The notes beneath the pieces were generated by a model. That model made no database searches. It was not told the origin of the DNA and saw only the letters and a program-made list of their open reading frames with translations. Positions 10,572 to 19,661 of a stretch of 64,000 nucleotides of DNA are shown one piece after another. Positions within the stretch are counted from its first letter, which is position 1. Each line of letters begins with the position of its first letter. The position numbers and the translations under genes were made by a program. The DNA comes from Gemmatimonadales bacterium (GTDB taxonomy: Bacteria > Gemmatimonadota > Gemmatimonadetes > Gemmatimonadales > GWC2-71-9). The stretch is taken from the NCBI GenBank assembly GCA_041615815.1, contig JBFJCP010000004.1, positions 64,001 through 128,000 on the forward strand, read 5' to 3'.

Positions 10572-10649
10572 CGGCGGTTCTCTCCACAGCAAGTCTGATC
10601 CGAGCGGCAGCGCGCAAGCTCGCTCGCTGGCGCGCGCTCGACCACCGCT

Positions 10650-10678
10650 GAACTATGCCTTCAGCGAGGTCGCGTCAA
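10650..10678 (-). promoter_or_regulatory. putative sigma-70 promoter for the Fe-S/NrfD, molybdoenzyme, chaperone operon
   Basis: The minus strand reads TTGACG-N17-TAGTTC, about 80 nt upstream of ATG 10571. Confidence 0.4.
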
Positions 10679-10803
10679 GACCGAGGAAGCCTGATCCCAA
10701 CGGCATGCAAGCGTTCCGGAATCGAATGATCAACCCATCGATGAAGCGAATCAGTTGTGAGTGACGTTTTTCTCGAGGGGAATGGTGCGGCGATCGTCGT
10801 CTT

Positions 10804-11106
10804 CTACGGAAGGTCGCAGCTTCGAATGCATCCCAGGATCGCGGTGACCTTGGGTTCGGTGATCCAGTAATAGACGTTCGCGCCTACGCGACGCGAGTCG
10901 ACGATGCCTCGCCCTTTGAGGGTGCTCAACTGCTGCGAGACGGCGGCTTGCGTGGCCCCGCAGAGATTCTGCAGTTGGGACACGGTCAGCTCGCCATGCT
11001 CGAGTGCATCCAGAATGCGCAGGCGGAGTGGGTGACCGAGGCACTTGATGACAGAGGCTGCCCGGTCGAGCACGTCGGGATCGAGCGAATCGAACGAAGT
11101 GGTCAT
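10804..11106 (-). CDS. ArsR/SmtB-family transcriptional repressor (Cys-containing, possible persulfide sensor)
   Basis: wHTH motifs LGHPLRLRIL, VSQQLSTLK and RRVGANVYY. Four Cys residues, including C-terminal CIRSC. Confidence 0.9.
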   Translation of the reverse strand: MTTSFDSLDPDVLDRAASVIKCLGHPLRLRILDALEHGELTVSQLQNLCGATQAAVSQQLSTLKGRGIVDSRRVGANVYYWITEPKVTAILGCIRSCDLP

Positions 11107-11178
11107 GGTTCCTAGCCTACGTCACGGCTGCGCGGAGTCTGTCTTTCGCGGCCTGTTGGTCTCCGTCCACGGGCAGCC

Positions 11179-11805
11179 TCAGGTCTGCTGTTTGACCTTG
11201 GGTGTCTTCTCCACCGGGTAGCCGCGCTCGAGCCAATCGACCATGCCGCCGAACACGAGCCGCGCGTCCTTGCCCGCTCGCTGCATGATGGACGCCACGA
11301 ACGAGCTTCGAACCTGATCGCCGCACACCAGCGCCAACGGCTTCTGATCGTCCACGCCTTCGAATTTGTCCCACGGCTCGGTCCATTCGAGCACTTCCGA
11401 GCCCGGAATGTGGCCGTACCGGAATTCGAAGCCCTCGCGCGTGTCGATGACGCGGAAGGTATCGAGTCCGTCTTTGAGTTCGTCCACGTTCATGAGGGGC
11501 AGTGTGGCGGTTGGGAAGCCGGTGGCCTTCCAGCCCTTGAGCCCGCCCTCCAGATACCCCGCCACCGTGAAACCGGCCTTGGTCAGAAGATCGACGGCCA
11601 CCTTCGCAATGGGCTCGGGCTCGGCGTGGACGATGTAGGTAGCGCTCGTGGGAAGTGACAACTCGGCCCGATCCGCCAGGTCGGCGCGATTGAACTGGAA
11701 GTTCACCGCTCCGGGCACGTGCTCCGTCGCAAATGGCTTGGGCGGGCGCATGTCGAGAATCACGGCGCCTGCCGCTGCTGCGGCCCGGACGGCTTGCGGT
11801 ATCAT
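11179..11805 (-). CDS. tandem rhodanese-domain sulfurtransferase (Cys-less domain plus active domain)
   Basis: Two rhodanese repeats (LDMR..F..EHVPGA..LEGGLKGW and IDTR..F.YGHIPGS..VFGGMVDW). Only the second has an active-site-loop Cys (VCGDQVRS). Confidence 0.9.
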   Translation of the reverse strand: MIPQAVRAAAAAGAVILDMRPPKPFATEHVPGAVNFQFNRADLADRAELSLPTSATYIVHAEPEPIAKVAVDLLTKAGFTVAGYLEGGLKGWKATGFPTATLPLMNVDELKDGLDTFRVIDTREGFEFRYGHIPGSEVLEWTEPWDKFEGVDDQKPLALVCGDQVRSSFVASIMQRAGKDARLVFGGMVDWLERGYPVEKTPKVKQQT

Positions 11806-12602
11806 ACGCCGGCTCCCTTCAGCTCTTCTCTCGAGATCAGGCCGAGGTTGTACGACTTGATGCGCTCAAAGTTTTCGGGAAACGGTTTGGCGGTTTCATG
11901 CACGAACTTGCCAAATGCCTTGGCGTTGGGCTGCCGCATGGCGAGGTTGAACTGCTTTTCAAAGGCGATCGTCGACACCGCCTTGCCGCTCATGTTGACG
12001 CCGCCACACGTCGAACCGCCGTAATGCCCCGGGTACACCTCGACGTAATCAGGGAGGGTGAATAACTTCTCGGTCACGCTGCGGTAGAGCGTCTCGGCTC
12101 GGGCCGTCTCGTCCATGACGTCCACCGCCTGGTCTCCCAGGAGTAGGTCCGGCCGTCCCACATCACCGACGAACAGCGCGTCGCCCGTGAGCACGAACCA
12201 CGGATCGCTGGAGCGCGCGGTATCGGTTACGAGGAACGAGGTGTGCTCCGGCGTGTGGCCTGGCGTGTGGATCGCTTCGAGCCGGATCCCGCCGATCTCG
12301 ATGGTCTCACCGTCTTTGATTGGCGTGAAATCGTACGTCACAAGGCCCTGAGCGGACTCGTGCAGGTAGTGTGGCACCCCGTTCATCTCTGCGAGCTCAC
12401 GGGCGCAGGACACGTAATCGGCATGCACATGCGTTTCGTACACGCCCACGATGCTCAGGCCGAGATCGGCAGCCTCCAATACGTAGAAGTCAGTCCCGAG
12501 GTCTTCGATGGGATCGACGATGACGGCCTCTTTGGCCCGCGGGCATCCTAACAGATACGACGCCTGCGCGAGCGGCTCGTGCCGGAATTGTTTCATGATC
12601 AC
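11802..12602 (-). CDS. MBL-fold persulfide dioxygenase (type III/CstB-like PDO domain)
   Basis: Motifs ETHVHADY, HTPGHTPEH, TGDALFVGDVGRPDL and YPGHYGGSTCG. Confidence 0.8.
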   Translation of the reverse strand: MIMKQFRHEPLAQASYLLGCPRAKEAVIVDPIEDLGTDFYVLEAADLGLSIVGVYETHVHADYVSCARELAEMNGVPHYLHESAQGLVTYDFTPIKDGETIEIGGIRLEAIHTPGHTPEHTSFLVTDTARSSDPWFVLTGDALFVGDVGRPDLLLGDQAVDVMDETARAETLYRSVTEKLFTLPDYVEVYPGHYGGSTCGGVNMSGKAVSTIAFEKQFNLAMRQPNAKAFGKFVHETAKPFPENFERIKSYNLGLISREELKGAGV

Positions 12603-12605
12603 GGC

Positions 12606-12857
12606 TCAGTCCTCCTCTTCGACTTTCCGCATGTAGAACACAAGCACACCGTCGCCTTCCTCATGCCACTCGAGAAGCTCATTTCCCGTGTCCTCCGCCC
12701 ACGCCGGGAAGTCCGCGATGGACCCGCGGTCTGTGGCGAGGATTTTGAGAATGTCCCCGTCGTCGAGGGAGCGCATTTCTTTGGCGGCCTTCACCACCGG
12801 CATGGGGCAGAGGAGCCCGCGGGCATCGAGGATCTTGGTTTCTTGTACGTCGGGCAT
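12606..12857 (-). CDS. tusA: TusA-family sulfur carrier
   Basis: Motifs LDARGLLCPMP (CPxP) and ATDRGSIADFPAWA. Confidence 0.92.
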   Translation of the reverse strand: MPDVQETKILDARGLLCPMPVVKAAKEMRSLDDGDILKILATDRGSIADFPAWAEDTGNELLEWHEEGDGVLVFYMRKVEEED

Positions 12858-12944
12858 CTCATCTCTCCGCTAATGACCTGTCATACGTGTACCATCACGC
12901 CCGTCCGGCTGATCCCGAGTCATGGGGGACGGTCGGAGCGGGCC

Positions 12945-13505
12945 TCACACGAATACCGTCACGTGTGACTTGCGAGCCTCCGAAAGGAATGCGGCAGCGC
13001 CCGCGAACTCCACACCATCGATGAAATCGTCTTCTTCGTATTCAAAGACGTCCATCGTCATCTGGCAGGCAATGAGCCGCACATCCAATTCCCGGGCGGC
13101 ATCCAGGAGCTCGCGAATCGTGGCCACCTTCTTTTTCTTGAACTTCGCCTTCATCATCCCGGTGGCCATGCGGGTCATCCCGGGCATCGCGGTCAGTATG
13201 TCCGGCATGGGTACAGGCATGGGCATGCCCGGATTCCCCACGGGTGACACTTTGAGGAGGTTCTCGAAATCCTTGTGGATGACGTTCAGGCCGTAAAACG
13301 TGAAGAACACCGCTGCGTCCATCCCCGCGGCGGCGGCTGCCGTTGCGAGAATCAGGGGTGGATACGCCCAGTCCAGCGTGCCCTTGGATGCGATGATGCG
13401 GGCGTTCTTGCGCGCGGGATCTCGCTTGAATGCCCGCTGGATCTCCTCGCGGACGATGGTGCGAACGGCTTCCTCGGTGAGTCCGGTCTGATTGGTCTCC
13501 AACAT
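12945..13505 (-). CDS. DsrE2-like (DsrE/DsrF/DrsH-like) sulfur relay protein
   Basis: Motifs IIASKGTLDWAYPPLILA, VFFTFYGL, LIACQMTMDVF and GAAAFL. Start taken at MLETNQ. Confidence 0.88.
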   Translation of the reverse strand: MLETNQTGLTEEAVRTIVREEIQRAFKRDPARKNARIIASKGTLDWAYPPLILATAAAAAGMDAAVFFTFYGLNVIHKDFENLLKVSPVGNPGMPMPVPMPDILTAMPGMTRMATGMMKAKFKKKKVATIRELLDAARELDVRLIACQMTMDVFEYEEDDFIDGVEFAGAAAFLSEARKSHVTVFV

Positions 13506-13580
13506 CGTGGCCTCGCGGGTGGTGTGGGCTGGCCAGGGAGTGGGTACGGAGAATCTGGCGTCCCGCTCGATTGGTGCACC

Positions 13581-13628
13581 ATAATATACGAGAAATGTAA
13601 TATTATAGTATATCATTATTATTGTCAA
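13581..13628 (-). promoter_or_regulatory. AT-rich divergent promoter/operator between the dsrE2 operon and sulP
   Basis: The minus strand reads TTGACA-N15-TATAAT (or N17-TAATAT). The inverted repeat ATAATAT-N12-ATATTAT at 13581-13606 overlaps the -10. The segment is strikingly AT-rich in a GC-rich window. Confidence 0.75.
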
Positions 13629-13648
13629 CCGACCTGTCAGGCGAGGGC

Positions 13649-15226
13649 ATGACTCCAGTGCATGCAGACGGCGCGCGCCGGATTCGAGTGGCCGACGTGG
13701 TGGCCGGTGGGAGCGTGGCCCTCGTGCTCGCCCCGCAGTCGCTGGCATTTGCCGAGCTGGCTGGTCTGCCGGCCTACCACGGGCTGTATGCGGCGGCCAT
13801 ACCCCCGATCGTGGCTGCCGTCTTTGCCTCCTCCCCCTATTTGCAGACCGGTCCCACGGCCATGACGAGCCTGCTCACCTTCGGCGCCCTGAGCTCACTC
13901 GCCGCAGTCGGCACTCCGAGCTATGTGGCGCTGGCGGCGTTGCTCGCGCTGGTCGTGGGGTTGCTGCGAGTCGGGTTGGGCATGGTGCGGTTGGGGTGGG
14001 TGGCCTACCTGATGTCGCGTCCCATAATCACGGGTTTCACCACGGGTGCGGCCATTCTGATCCTGGCGTCCCAGCTGCCCACGGCACTCGGGGTCGCGGC
14101 GCCGGAGGGGCGCCTTCTGGTTCGTGCATGGTGGGCGCTCACGCACGTGCGCGAGTGGGAGATCGGGGCCCTCGTCCTTGCCGTGGCCACCGTCACGATC
14201 GTGCTGGGCGGTCGCAAGCTCCACGCGTTGTTCCCCGGGGTGCTCGTCGCGCTGGCGTTGGCCTTGGTGGCGAGTGTGCTCATGGGTTACCAGGGATCGG
14301 TCGTGGGATCGGTGCCCAGCGGTCTTCCCCCGGTGTCCCTGGCGCTCCCATGGACCGAGCTGCCCCGTTTGCTCGTGCCGGGTGCCGTGATCGCCCTGGT
14401 CGGGTTTGCCGAGCCCGCGGCGATCGCTCGTACCTACGCGACGCAGGACCGGCAGCCCTGGAGTCCGGATCGGGAGTTCGTGAGCCAGGGTGCCGCCAAT
14501 TTCGCCGCGGGGCTCTCGGGTGGGTTCCCCGTGGGCGGATCGTTCTCCCGCACGTCCCTCAATCGTCTTGCCGGAGGGCGGACGCGGTGGAGCGGTGCTG
14601 TCACGGGTGTCGCGGTCCTCGCGTTTCTACTCGTTGCTGGCATCCTCGCGCCACTCCCAAGGGCCGTTCTCGGGGCGATCGTGATTTCGGCGGTCGTCAC
14701 GCTGATCCAGTTCAAGCCGCTTGTCCGACTCTACCAATACTCGCGCCCGCAGGCGCTGGTAGCGTGGACCACGTTTGTCGCTACGCTCGCCCTGGCCCCC
14801 CGGATCGAGCGAGCGGTGCTGGTGGGGATCGGACTGGCGATCTTCATTCACTTGTGGCGGGAGCTTCGCCTTCATGTTTCCACCCGATACCAGGGGACCA
14901 CCCTGCGCCTCGCGCCGAAGGGCGTCCTCTTCTTTGCCTCGGCGCCGAACCTGGATGAAGCCTTTCTGCGCGAGCTGGCAGCGCATCCGGAGACGGAGCG
15001 CGTCGTCGTGGATCTCTCGGGTCTCGGTCGGATCGACTACACGGGAGCGCTCGCGCTGAAGGACGTCACCGATGACGCCCGGGGGGCCGGCCTCAAGGTC
15101 GAGTTGACCGGCGTTCCGCCGCAGGCACGCCGCGTCCTCGTCCGCGTCATCGGCGCAGACTGGCCGCTGCTCCGCTCACACAAATGGGACGTTCGCGCTG
15201 ACCCGGTCGTGCCTCCCACCCCATAG
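13649..15226 (+). CDS. SulP/SLC26-family anion (sulfate) permease with C-terminal STAS domain
   Basis: Motifs PQSLAFAELAGLP, GLYAA, GPTA, GSFSRT and LFFASA...VVVDLSGLGRIDYTG. Confidence 0.93.
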   Translation: MTPVHADGARRIRVADVVAGGSVALVLAPQSLAFAELAGLPAYHGLYAAAIPPIVAAVFASSPYLQTGPTAMTSLLTFGALSSLAAVGTPSYVALAALLALVVGLLRVGLGMVRLGWVAYLMSRPIITGFTTGAAILILASQLPTALGVAAPEGRLLVRAWWALTHVREWEIGALVLAVATVTIVLGGRKLHALFPGVLVALALALVASVLMGYQGSVVGSVPSGLPPVSLALPWTELPRLLVPGAVIALVGFAEPAAIARTYATQDRQPWSPDREFVSQGAANFAAGLSGGFPVGGSFSRTSLNRLAGGRTRWSGAVTGVAVLAFLLVAGILAPLPRAVLGAIVISAVVTLIQFKPLVRLYQYSRPQALVAWTTFVATLALAPRIERAVLVGIGLAIFIHLWRELRLHVSTRYQGTTLRLAPKGVLFFASAPNLDEAFLRELAAHPETERVVVDLSGLGRIDYTGALALKDVTDDARGAGLKVELTGVPPQARRVLVRVIGADWPLLRSHKWDVRADPVVPPTP

Positions 15227-15363
15227 CCTCCCGAGCGCCGGGAACATCCACCCCATTTCGCCATATCAAGTTCACCTTTTCTTCACTGGGCCAGACCCAG
15301 CCTGTCAGCACGCGGTTGGTTCAGTTGTTCCATGCTGGATCACATCATGTCAGGAGGCACGGT

Positions 15364-16014
15364 ATGAAGAGCTTGTGCAGTCGGTTGGTCTTGGCGGTGG
15401 GGCTGGTTCTCCTACCGGTGGCGTCGCTGCCCGCTCAAGGAGTGACTGCCGGTTTCAAAGGGGGATTGAACGGCGCTGACGTGAGTTTCGATCCCGAGGT
15501 GGATACAGGTCTCAGGGTGGGATTCATCGGTGGCGGAGCGCTGGCCTTCGGCCTCCATCCCTCGTTTGCCATTCAAGGCGAGGTGCTGTTCAGCCAAAAA
15601 GGCACCGAAGTGGACGACGAGGTCGAAGGTGTTTCGGCGACCTTGGGAGTGAACTACATCGAAATCCCGCTGCTGGCCAAGGTCATGATCCCCGCCGGCG
15701 TAGTCACGCCCATCTTCTATGCTGGTCCCGCGGTCGCCTTCGAGGCGTCCTGTTCGCTGAGCGGGGACATCGATGGGATCGAGGTGGACATCGATTGCGA
15801 CGATCCGCTTGCGGATGTCCAGCGCAAGAAGACCGACTTTGGCCTCGTGGGCGGCGCCGGTCTCGAGATTGGCACGGGACCCGTGGCGTTCACGGTCGAA
15901 GGTCGCTACAACCTGGGACTCGTGAACATCGACGACACTGGGGACCCGGGTTCGAGCGCGAAACTCCGCACGTTCTCTCTCCTGGTGGGTCTGCTGTTCA
16001 AGCTCCCCACCTGA
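15364..16014 (+). CDS. outer-membrane beta-barrel protein (PorT/OmpA-like porin family)
   Basis: Signal peptide, motifs GFKGGLN, EVLFSQKG, YIEIPLL and EGRYNLGL, and alternating beta-strand patterns. AGGAGG RBS. Confidence 0.8.
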   Translation: MKSLCSRLVLAVGLVLLPVASLPAQGVTAGFKGGLNGADVSFDPEVDTGLRVGFIGGGALAFGLHPSFAIQGEVLFSQKGTEVDDEVEGVSATLGVNYIEIPLLAKVMIPAGVVTPIFYAGPAVAFEASCSLSGDIDGIEVDIDCDDPLADVQRKKTDFGLVGGAGLEIGTGPVAFTVEGRYNLGLVNIDDTGDPGSSAKLRTFSLLVGLLFKLPT

Positions 16015-16039
16015 CGCGTCATCGGCTTGGCGCAGCCAG

Positions 16040-16077
16040 CGGGCCTCCGTCCCGACGCGGGACGGAGGCCCGTGTTT
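16040..16077 (+). terminator. strong hairpin, probable terminator after the porin gene
   Basis: CGGGCCTCCGTCCCG-ACG-CGGGACGGAGGCCCG followed by TGTTT. Confidence 0.6.
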
Positions 16078-16123
16078 GTACGCGGCATGTTGCCCTCGTG
16101 CCTGCGGCCGTCCAAAATTCGGC

Positions 16124-18346
16124 ATGAAACGACGCGAAGGGCTCCGGAAGCTCATGGGTCAGGAGCGGTACATCGACGACCTGCTGGTCGAGGGCTGCCT
16201 CTGGGGTATGACGGTTCGGAGCCCTGCGCCGCGTGGCCGTATCCGCGCGGTGCGGTTTGGGAGGGACATCGATTGGTCGCAGATCGTCGTCGTGGATCAC
16301 ACCGATCTCCCTGGTCCCAATGAGACTCTCCTCATCGAGCCGGACCAACCGGTGCTGGCTGCGCACTATGTCCGTCACGTGCACGAGCCGGTGCTGGTGG
16401 TGGCCCATCCTTCGCGAGACATGGCACGGCGCGCGGCCCGCGCCATCGAGATCGATGTCGATCCGGACCCACCGGCCTTGGATTTTCGGGTCCCGCCCAG
16501 TCCCGACCAGATTCAATACGGCCGTGACAACGTCCTGAAACATCTGACGATCACCAAAGGGGACGTGGAGCGTGCCTTGGCCGCCGCGCCACACGTCATC
16601 GAAGGCACCTACGAAACCGGCGCTCAAGAGCACGTCTACCTCGAGAACCAGGGCATGATTGCCTACGTCGAGGACGGCGTGCTCGTCGTGCGGGGCTCCA
16701 TGCAGTGCCCATACTACGTGCTCAAGGCGTTGACCCACGCACTTGCGCGTGACGAGGCTCGGGTACGGATCGTTCAGGCGCCGACCGGTGGAGGGTTTGG
16801 TGGCAAAGAAGAGTACCCGTCCACGGTCGCGCTCCACGCGGCGTTGCTGACCCTCAAAGCCGAGCGGCCGGTCAAGCTCATCTACGATCGGGCCGAGGAC
16901 ATGGCTGCCACGACGAAGCGTCACCCGGCGTGGGTGCGCCATCGCACGGGTGTCGACGACGGTGGCCGACTACTCGCCCAGGACATCGAGGTCCGGATCA
17001 ACGGTGGGGCGTACGTGACCCTATCGCCGGTCGTGTTGAGCCGCGCAGTGATCCATGCGGCTGGCCCGTATGCGTGCGACCACGTGCGGATCGACGGGAA
17101 GGCGATCCTGACGAATGCGGTGCCCTTTGGCGCGTTTCGTGGATTCGGCGCCCCGCAGACCCAGTTTGCCAACGAGCGCCACATGGACGTCGTGGCCCGC
17201 GCCCTTGGTATCGATCCTGTCGAACTCCGACGAATCAACCTCATTCGTGATGGGCAGAGCACCTCGACGGGTCAGGTCATCCACGACGGGACGGACCGCG
17301 TGGCGGTGATGGAGCAGGCGCTGGACGCGGCTCGGTATCACGAAAAGCGCCGGGAACACATCGCGTTCAACGCCTCGCACCCGACACACCGTCGTGGCAT
17401 CGGGTTCGCGACCTTTTACCACGGGGCAGGCTTCACGGGGAGCGGCGAGGTGATGTTACGATCACGTCTCCATGTGGCGGGACGGGCCGATGGCACGATC
17501 GAGATCTTGAGCGCCAATATCGAAATGGGCCAGGGGACGATCACCGTGTTCACGCAGATCGCGGCGGATCGGTTAGGATACGCGCCCGCGGATATCGTCA
17601 TCGCCGAAGCGGATACGGCCCGCGTCCCCAACTCGGGGCCAACCGTCGCCTCTCGAACGTCGATGATCGTGGGCCGGTTACTGGAGCGCGCCTGCGATGA
17701 CTTGCGAGCCCAACTGGGGCTGCCCAACGCGAGCCGAGGGGCGGCCGTCAAGGACGCTATCCTGAGGTGGCATCGTGCCAACCCCGGGGAGGCGCTCGTG
17801 GGTCGCGCGACGTATGAGAAGCCCCGTGACGTCCAGTGGGACGACGCGACGTATCGCGGTGATGCCTATGGGACCTTTGCGTGGGCGACGTACGTGGCGG
17901 AGGTGGAGGTCGATCTCCGAACCTATGTGGTGCGCGTCATCGACTTTGTGGCGGTACAAGAGATTGGAAGGGTGATCAACGAGACGCTTGCTCGGGGGCA
18001 GGTGCAGGGTGGGGTGGTGCAGGGCATCGGTTGGGCATTGATGGAAGAATGCCAGTGGCAGGACGGCGCCATGGCCAACAATCAACTCACGAATTACATC
18101 ATTCCCACGAGCGATGATGTTCCCGCCATCCAGGTCGAGTTTCTCGAGACCCCATATCCTTACGGAGCCAAGGGGGCCAAAGGGCTGGGTGAGCTACCCA
18201 TCGATGGGCCGGCTCCCGCCGTGGTGAACGCCATCGAGGCCGCCACCGGTGCGGACGCTCGCGTGATTCCGGTAACCCCGGAGCGTCTCATGCTGCTGAT
18301 GGAGCGGTCGCTGGCCGGCGGACCCCGGGGCGCTGGGAGGACGTGA
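16124..18346 (+). CDS. xanthine dehydrogenase family molybdopterin-binding subunit (PucD/XdhA-like)
   Basis: Motifs [42 protein letters not shown] and AKGLGELP. The start codon is uncertain. Confidence 0.92.
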   Translation: MKRREGLRKLMGQERYIDDLLVEGCLWGMTVRSPAPRGRIRAVRFGRDIDWSQIVVVDHTDLPGPNETLLIEPDQPVLAAHYVRHVHEPVLVVAHPSRDMARRAARAIEIDVDPDPPALDFRVPPSPDQIQYGRDNVLKHLTITKGDVERALAAAPHVIEGTYETGAQEHVYLENQGMIAYVEDGVLVVRGSMQCPYYVLKALTHALARDEARVRIVQAPTGGGFGGKEEYPSTVALHAALLTLKAERPVKLIYDRAEDMAATTKRHPAWVRHRTGVDDGGRLLAQDIEVRINGGAYVTLSPVVLSRAVIHAAGPYACDHVRIDGKAILTNAVPFGAFRGFGAPQTQFANERHMDVVARALGIDPVELRRINLIRDGQSTSTGQVIHDGTDRVAVMEQALDAARYHEKRREHIAFNASHPTHRRGIGFATFYHGAGFTGSGEVMLRSRLHVAGRADGTIEILSANIEMGQGTITVFTQIAADRLGYAPADIVIAEADTARVPNSGPTVASRTSMIVGRLLERACDDLRAQLGLPNASRGAAVKDAILRWHRANPGEALVGRATYEKPRDVQWDDATYRGDAYGTFAWATYVAEVEVDLRTYVVRVIDFVAVQEIGRVINETLARGQVQGGVVQGIGWALMEECQWQDGAMANNQLTNYIIPTSDDVPAIQVEFLETPYPYGAKGAKGLGELPIDGPAPAVVNAIEAATGADARVIPVTPERLMLLMERSLAGGPRGAGRT

Positions 18347-18816
18347 ACGTGTCGGAGACCATCAACATCACCTTCACCCTGAACGGTGCCAACCTGGCGC
18401 TGGACGTGAGCCCGGCGGAACGGCTCTTGGACGTGCTCCGTTATCGGCTCGATCTGACGGGTACCAAGGAGGGGTGCGCGGAAGGTGAGTGCGGCGCGTG
18501 CACGGTGTACCTGGACGGGGTCCCCGTGAACGCCTGTTTGGTTCCTGCGTATCAAGTACGGGGAAGTCGGGTGGAGACCATCGAGTCGTTGGACGGTGCA
18601 GCTCTCGACCCCCTGCTCGAGAGCGGCGCCACGCAATGCGGCGCTTGCACCCCCGGAGTCGTGATGACCGCGTGGTGGATACGTCAGAACACGGATCTGT
18701 TGGAGACCCATAGCATCCGCGAGCTGATGGCCGGCAATCTCTGCCGGTGCACCGGCTACGACGGGATCGTCGATGGGATCGAGGCGATGATCCGAAGAGC
18801 TCGGAGCGAGCGGTGA
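18343..18816 (+). CDS. xanthine dehydrogenase family 2x[2Fe-2S] subunit
   Basis: Motifs [24 protein letters not shown] and NLCRCTGY. Confidence 0.93.
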   Translation: MNVSETINITFTLNGANLALDVSPAERLLDVLRYRLDLTGTKEGCAEGECGACTVYLDGVPVNACLVPAYQVRGSRVETIESLDGAALDPLLESGATQCGACTPGVVMTAWWIRQNTDLLETHSIRELMAGNLCRCTGYDGIVDGIEAMIRRARSER

Positions 18817-19643
18817 GCGTTCGCCTTCCGCGCACGCTGGACGAGGGTCTCGCGATGCTGGCGGATACGCCAGGCGCTGTCCCGATGGCGGGAGGCACCG
18901 ATCTGCTGGTTCACTGGCCCCAGCGTCTCGACCACCACGGCGTGACCTACGTCGACCTGTGGAAGGTGGATGAGCTCCGGCCGCTCCGGTGGACCGACGA
19001 CGCACTGATGCTCGGCGCGCTGACCACCTACTGGGACGTGATGCGCGATGCCCGCGCCCGGGAGCTGTTCCCGCTCTTGATGCATGCGGCGAGGCAAGTC
19101 GGTGCCGTCCAGATCCAGGCGCGGGGCACGTGGGCTGGCAACATCGTGAACGCCTCCCCTGCCGCGGACGGCGTGCCCGTCCTCATGGCGTACGATGCCG
19201 TCGTTGTCCTGCGCTCTCTCGATGGCGAAGTTGAGGTGCCACTCGCCGACTTCTATCTCGGCTACAAGAAGATGCGACGTCGTCCAGACCAGCTGGTCAC
19301 CGCGATCCGCATTCCCCGACGCCGATACGAGTACGAGATGTTCGAGAAGGTGGGCTCGCGGCGTGCCCAAGCCATCACCAAGATCGGTGTTGCTGTGACG
19401 AGGGCCGACGGTGCATGGCGAGTCGTCGCGAACAGTATGGCGCCCACGGTCCGGCGATGTTTGGCTCTCGAGGATCTGCTCTCGCGCCGGGTCCCCATTG
19501 CGTCGCCGTCCGATCTCGTGCCGGCGATCCGCGCGGACGTGTCTCCCATCGACGACATTCGGTCCACGGCCGCGTATCGGGAGCGGGTCATGGCGCGGGT
19601 ACTGTATTATGAGCTCGCCGCGATCTGTGACTGGTGGCGATAA
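18813..19643 (+). CDS. xanthine dehydrogenase family FAD-binding subunit
   Basis: Motifs [29 protein letters not shown] and [12 protein letters not shown]. The GTG start overlaps the upstream stop. Confidence 0.92.
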   Translation: MSVRLPRTLDEGLAMLADTPGAVPMAGGTDLLVHWPQRLDHHGVTYVDLWKVDELRPLRWTDDALMLGALTTYWDVMRDARARELFPLLMHAARQVGAVQIQARGTWAGNIVNASPAADGVPVLMAYDAVVVLRSLDGEVEVPLADFYLGYKKMRRRPDQLVTAIRIPRRRYEYEMFEKVGSRRAQAITKIGVAVTRADGAWRVVANSMAPTVRRCLALEDLLSRRVPIASPSDLVPAIRADVSPIDDIRSTAAYRERVMARVLYYELAAICDWWR

Positions 19644-19661
19644 CGGGCCTGATGGGAACCT

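Noticed and set aside
10572..10800. Possible Moco riboswitch upstream of the molybdoenzyme operon
   Set aside because: Hairpins are present, but I could not match the Moco RNA motif by eye. An Infernal/Rfam search would be needed.
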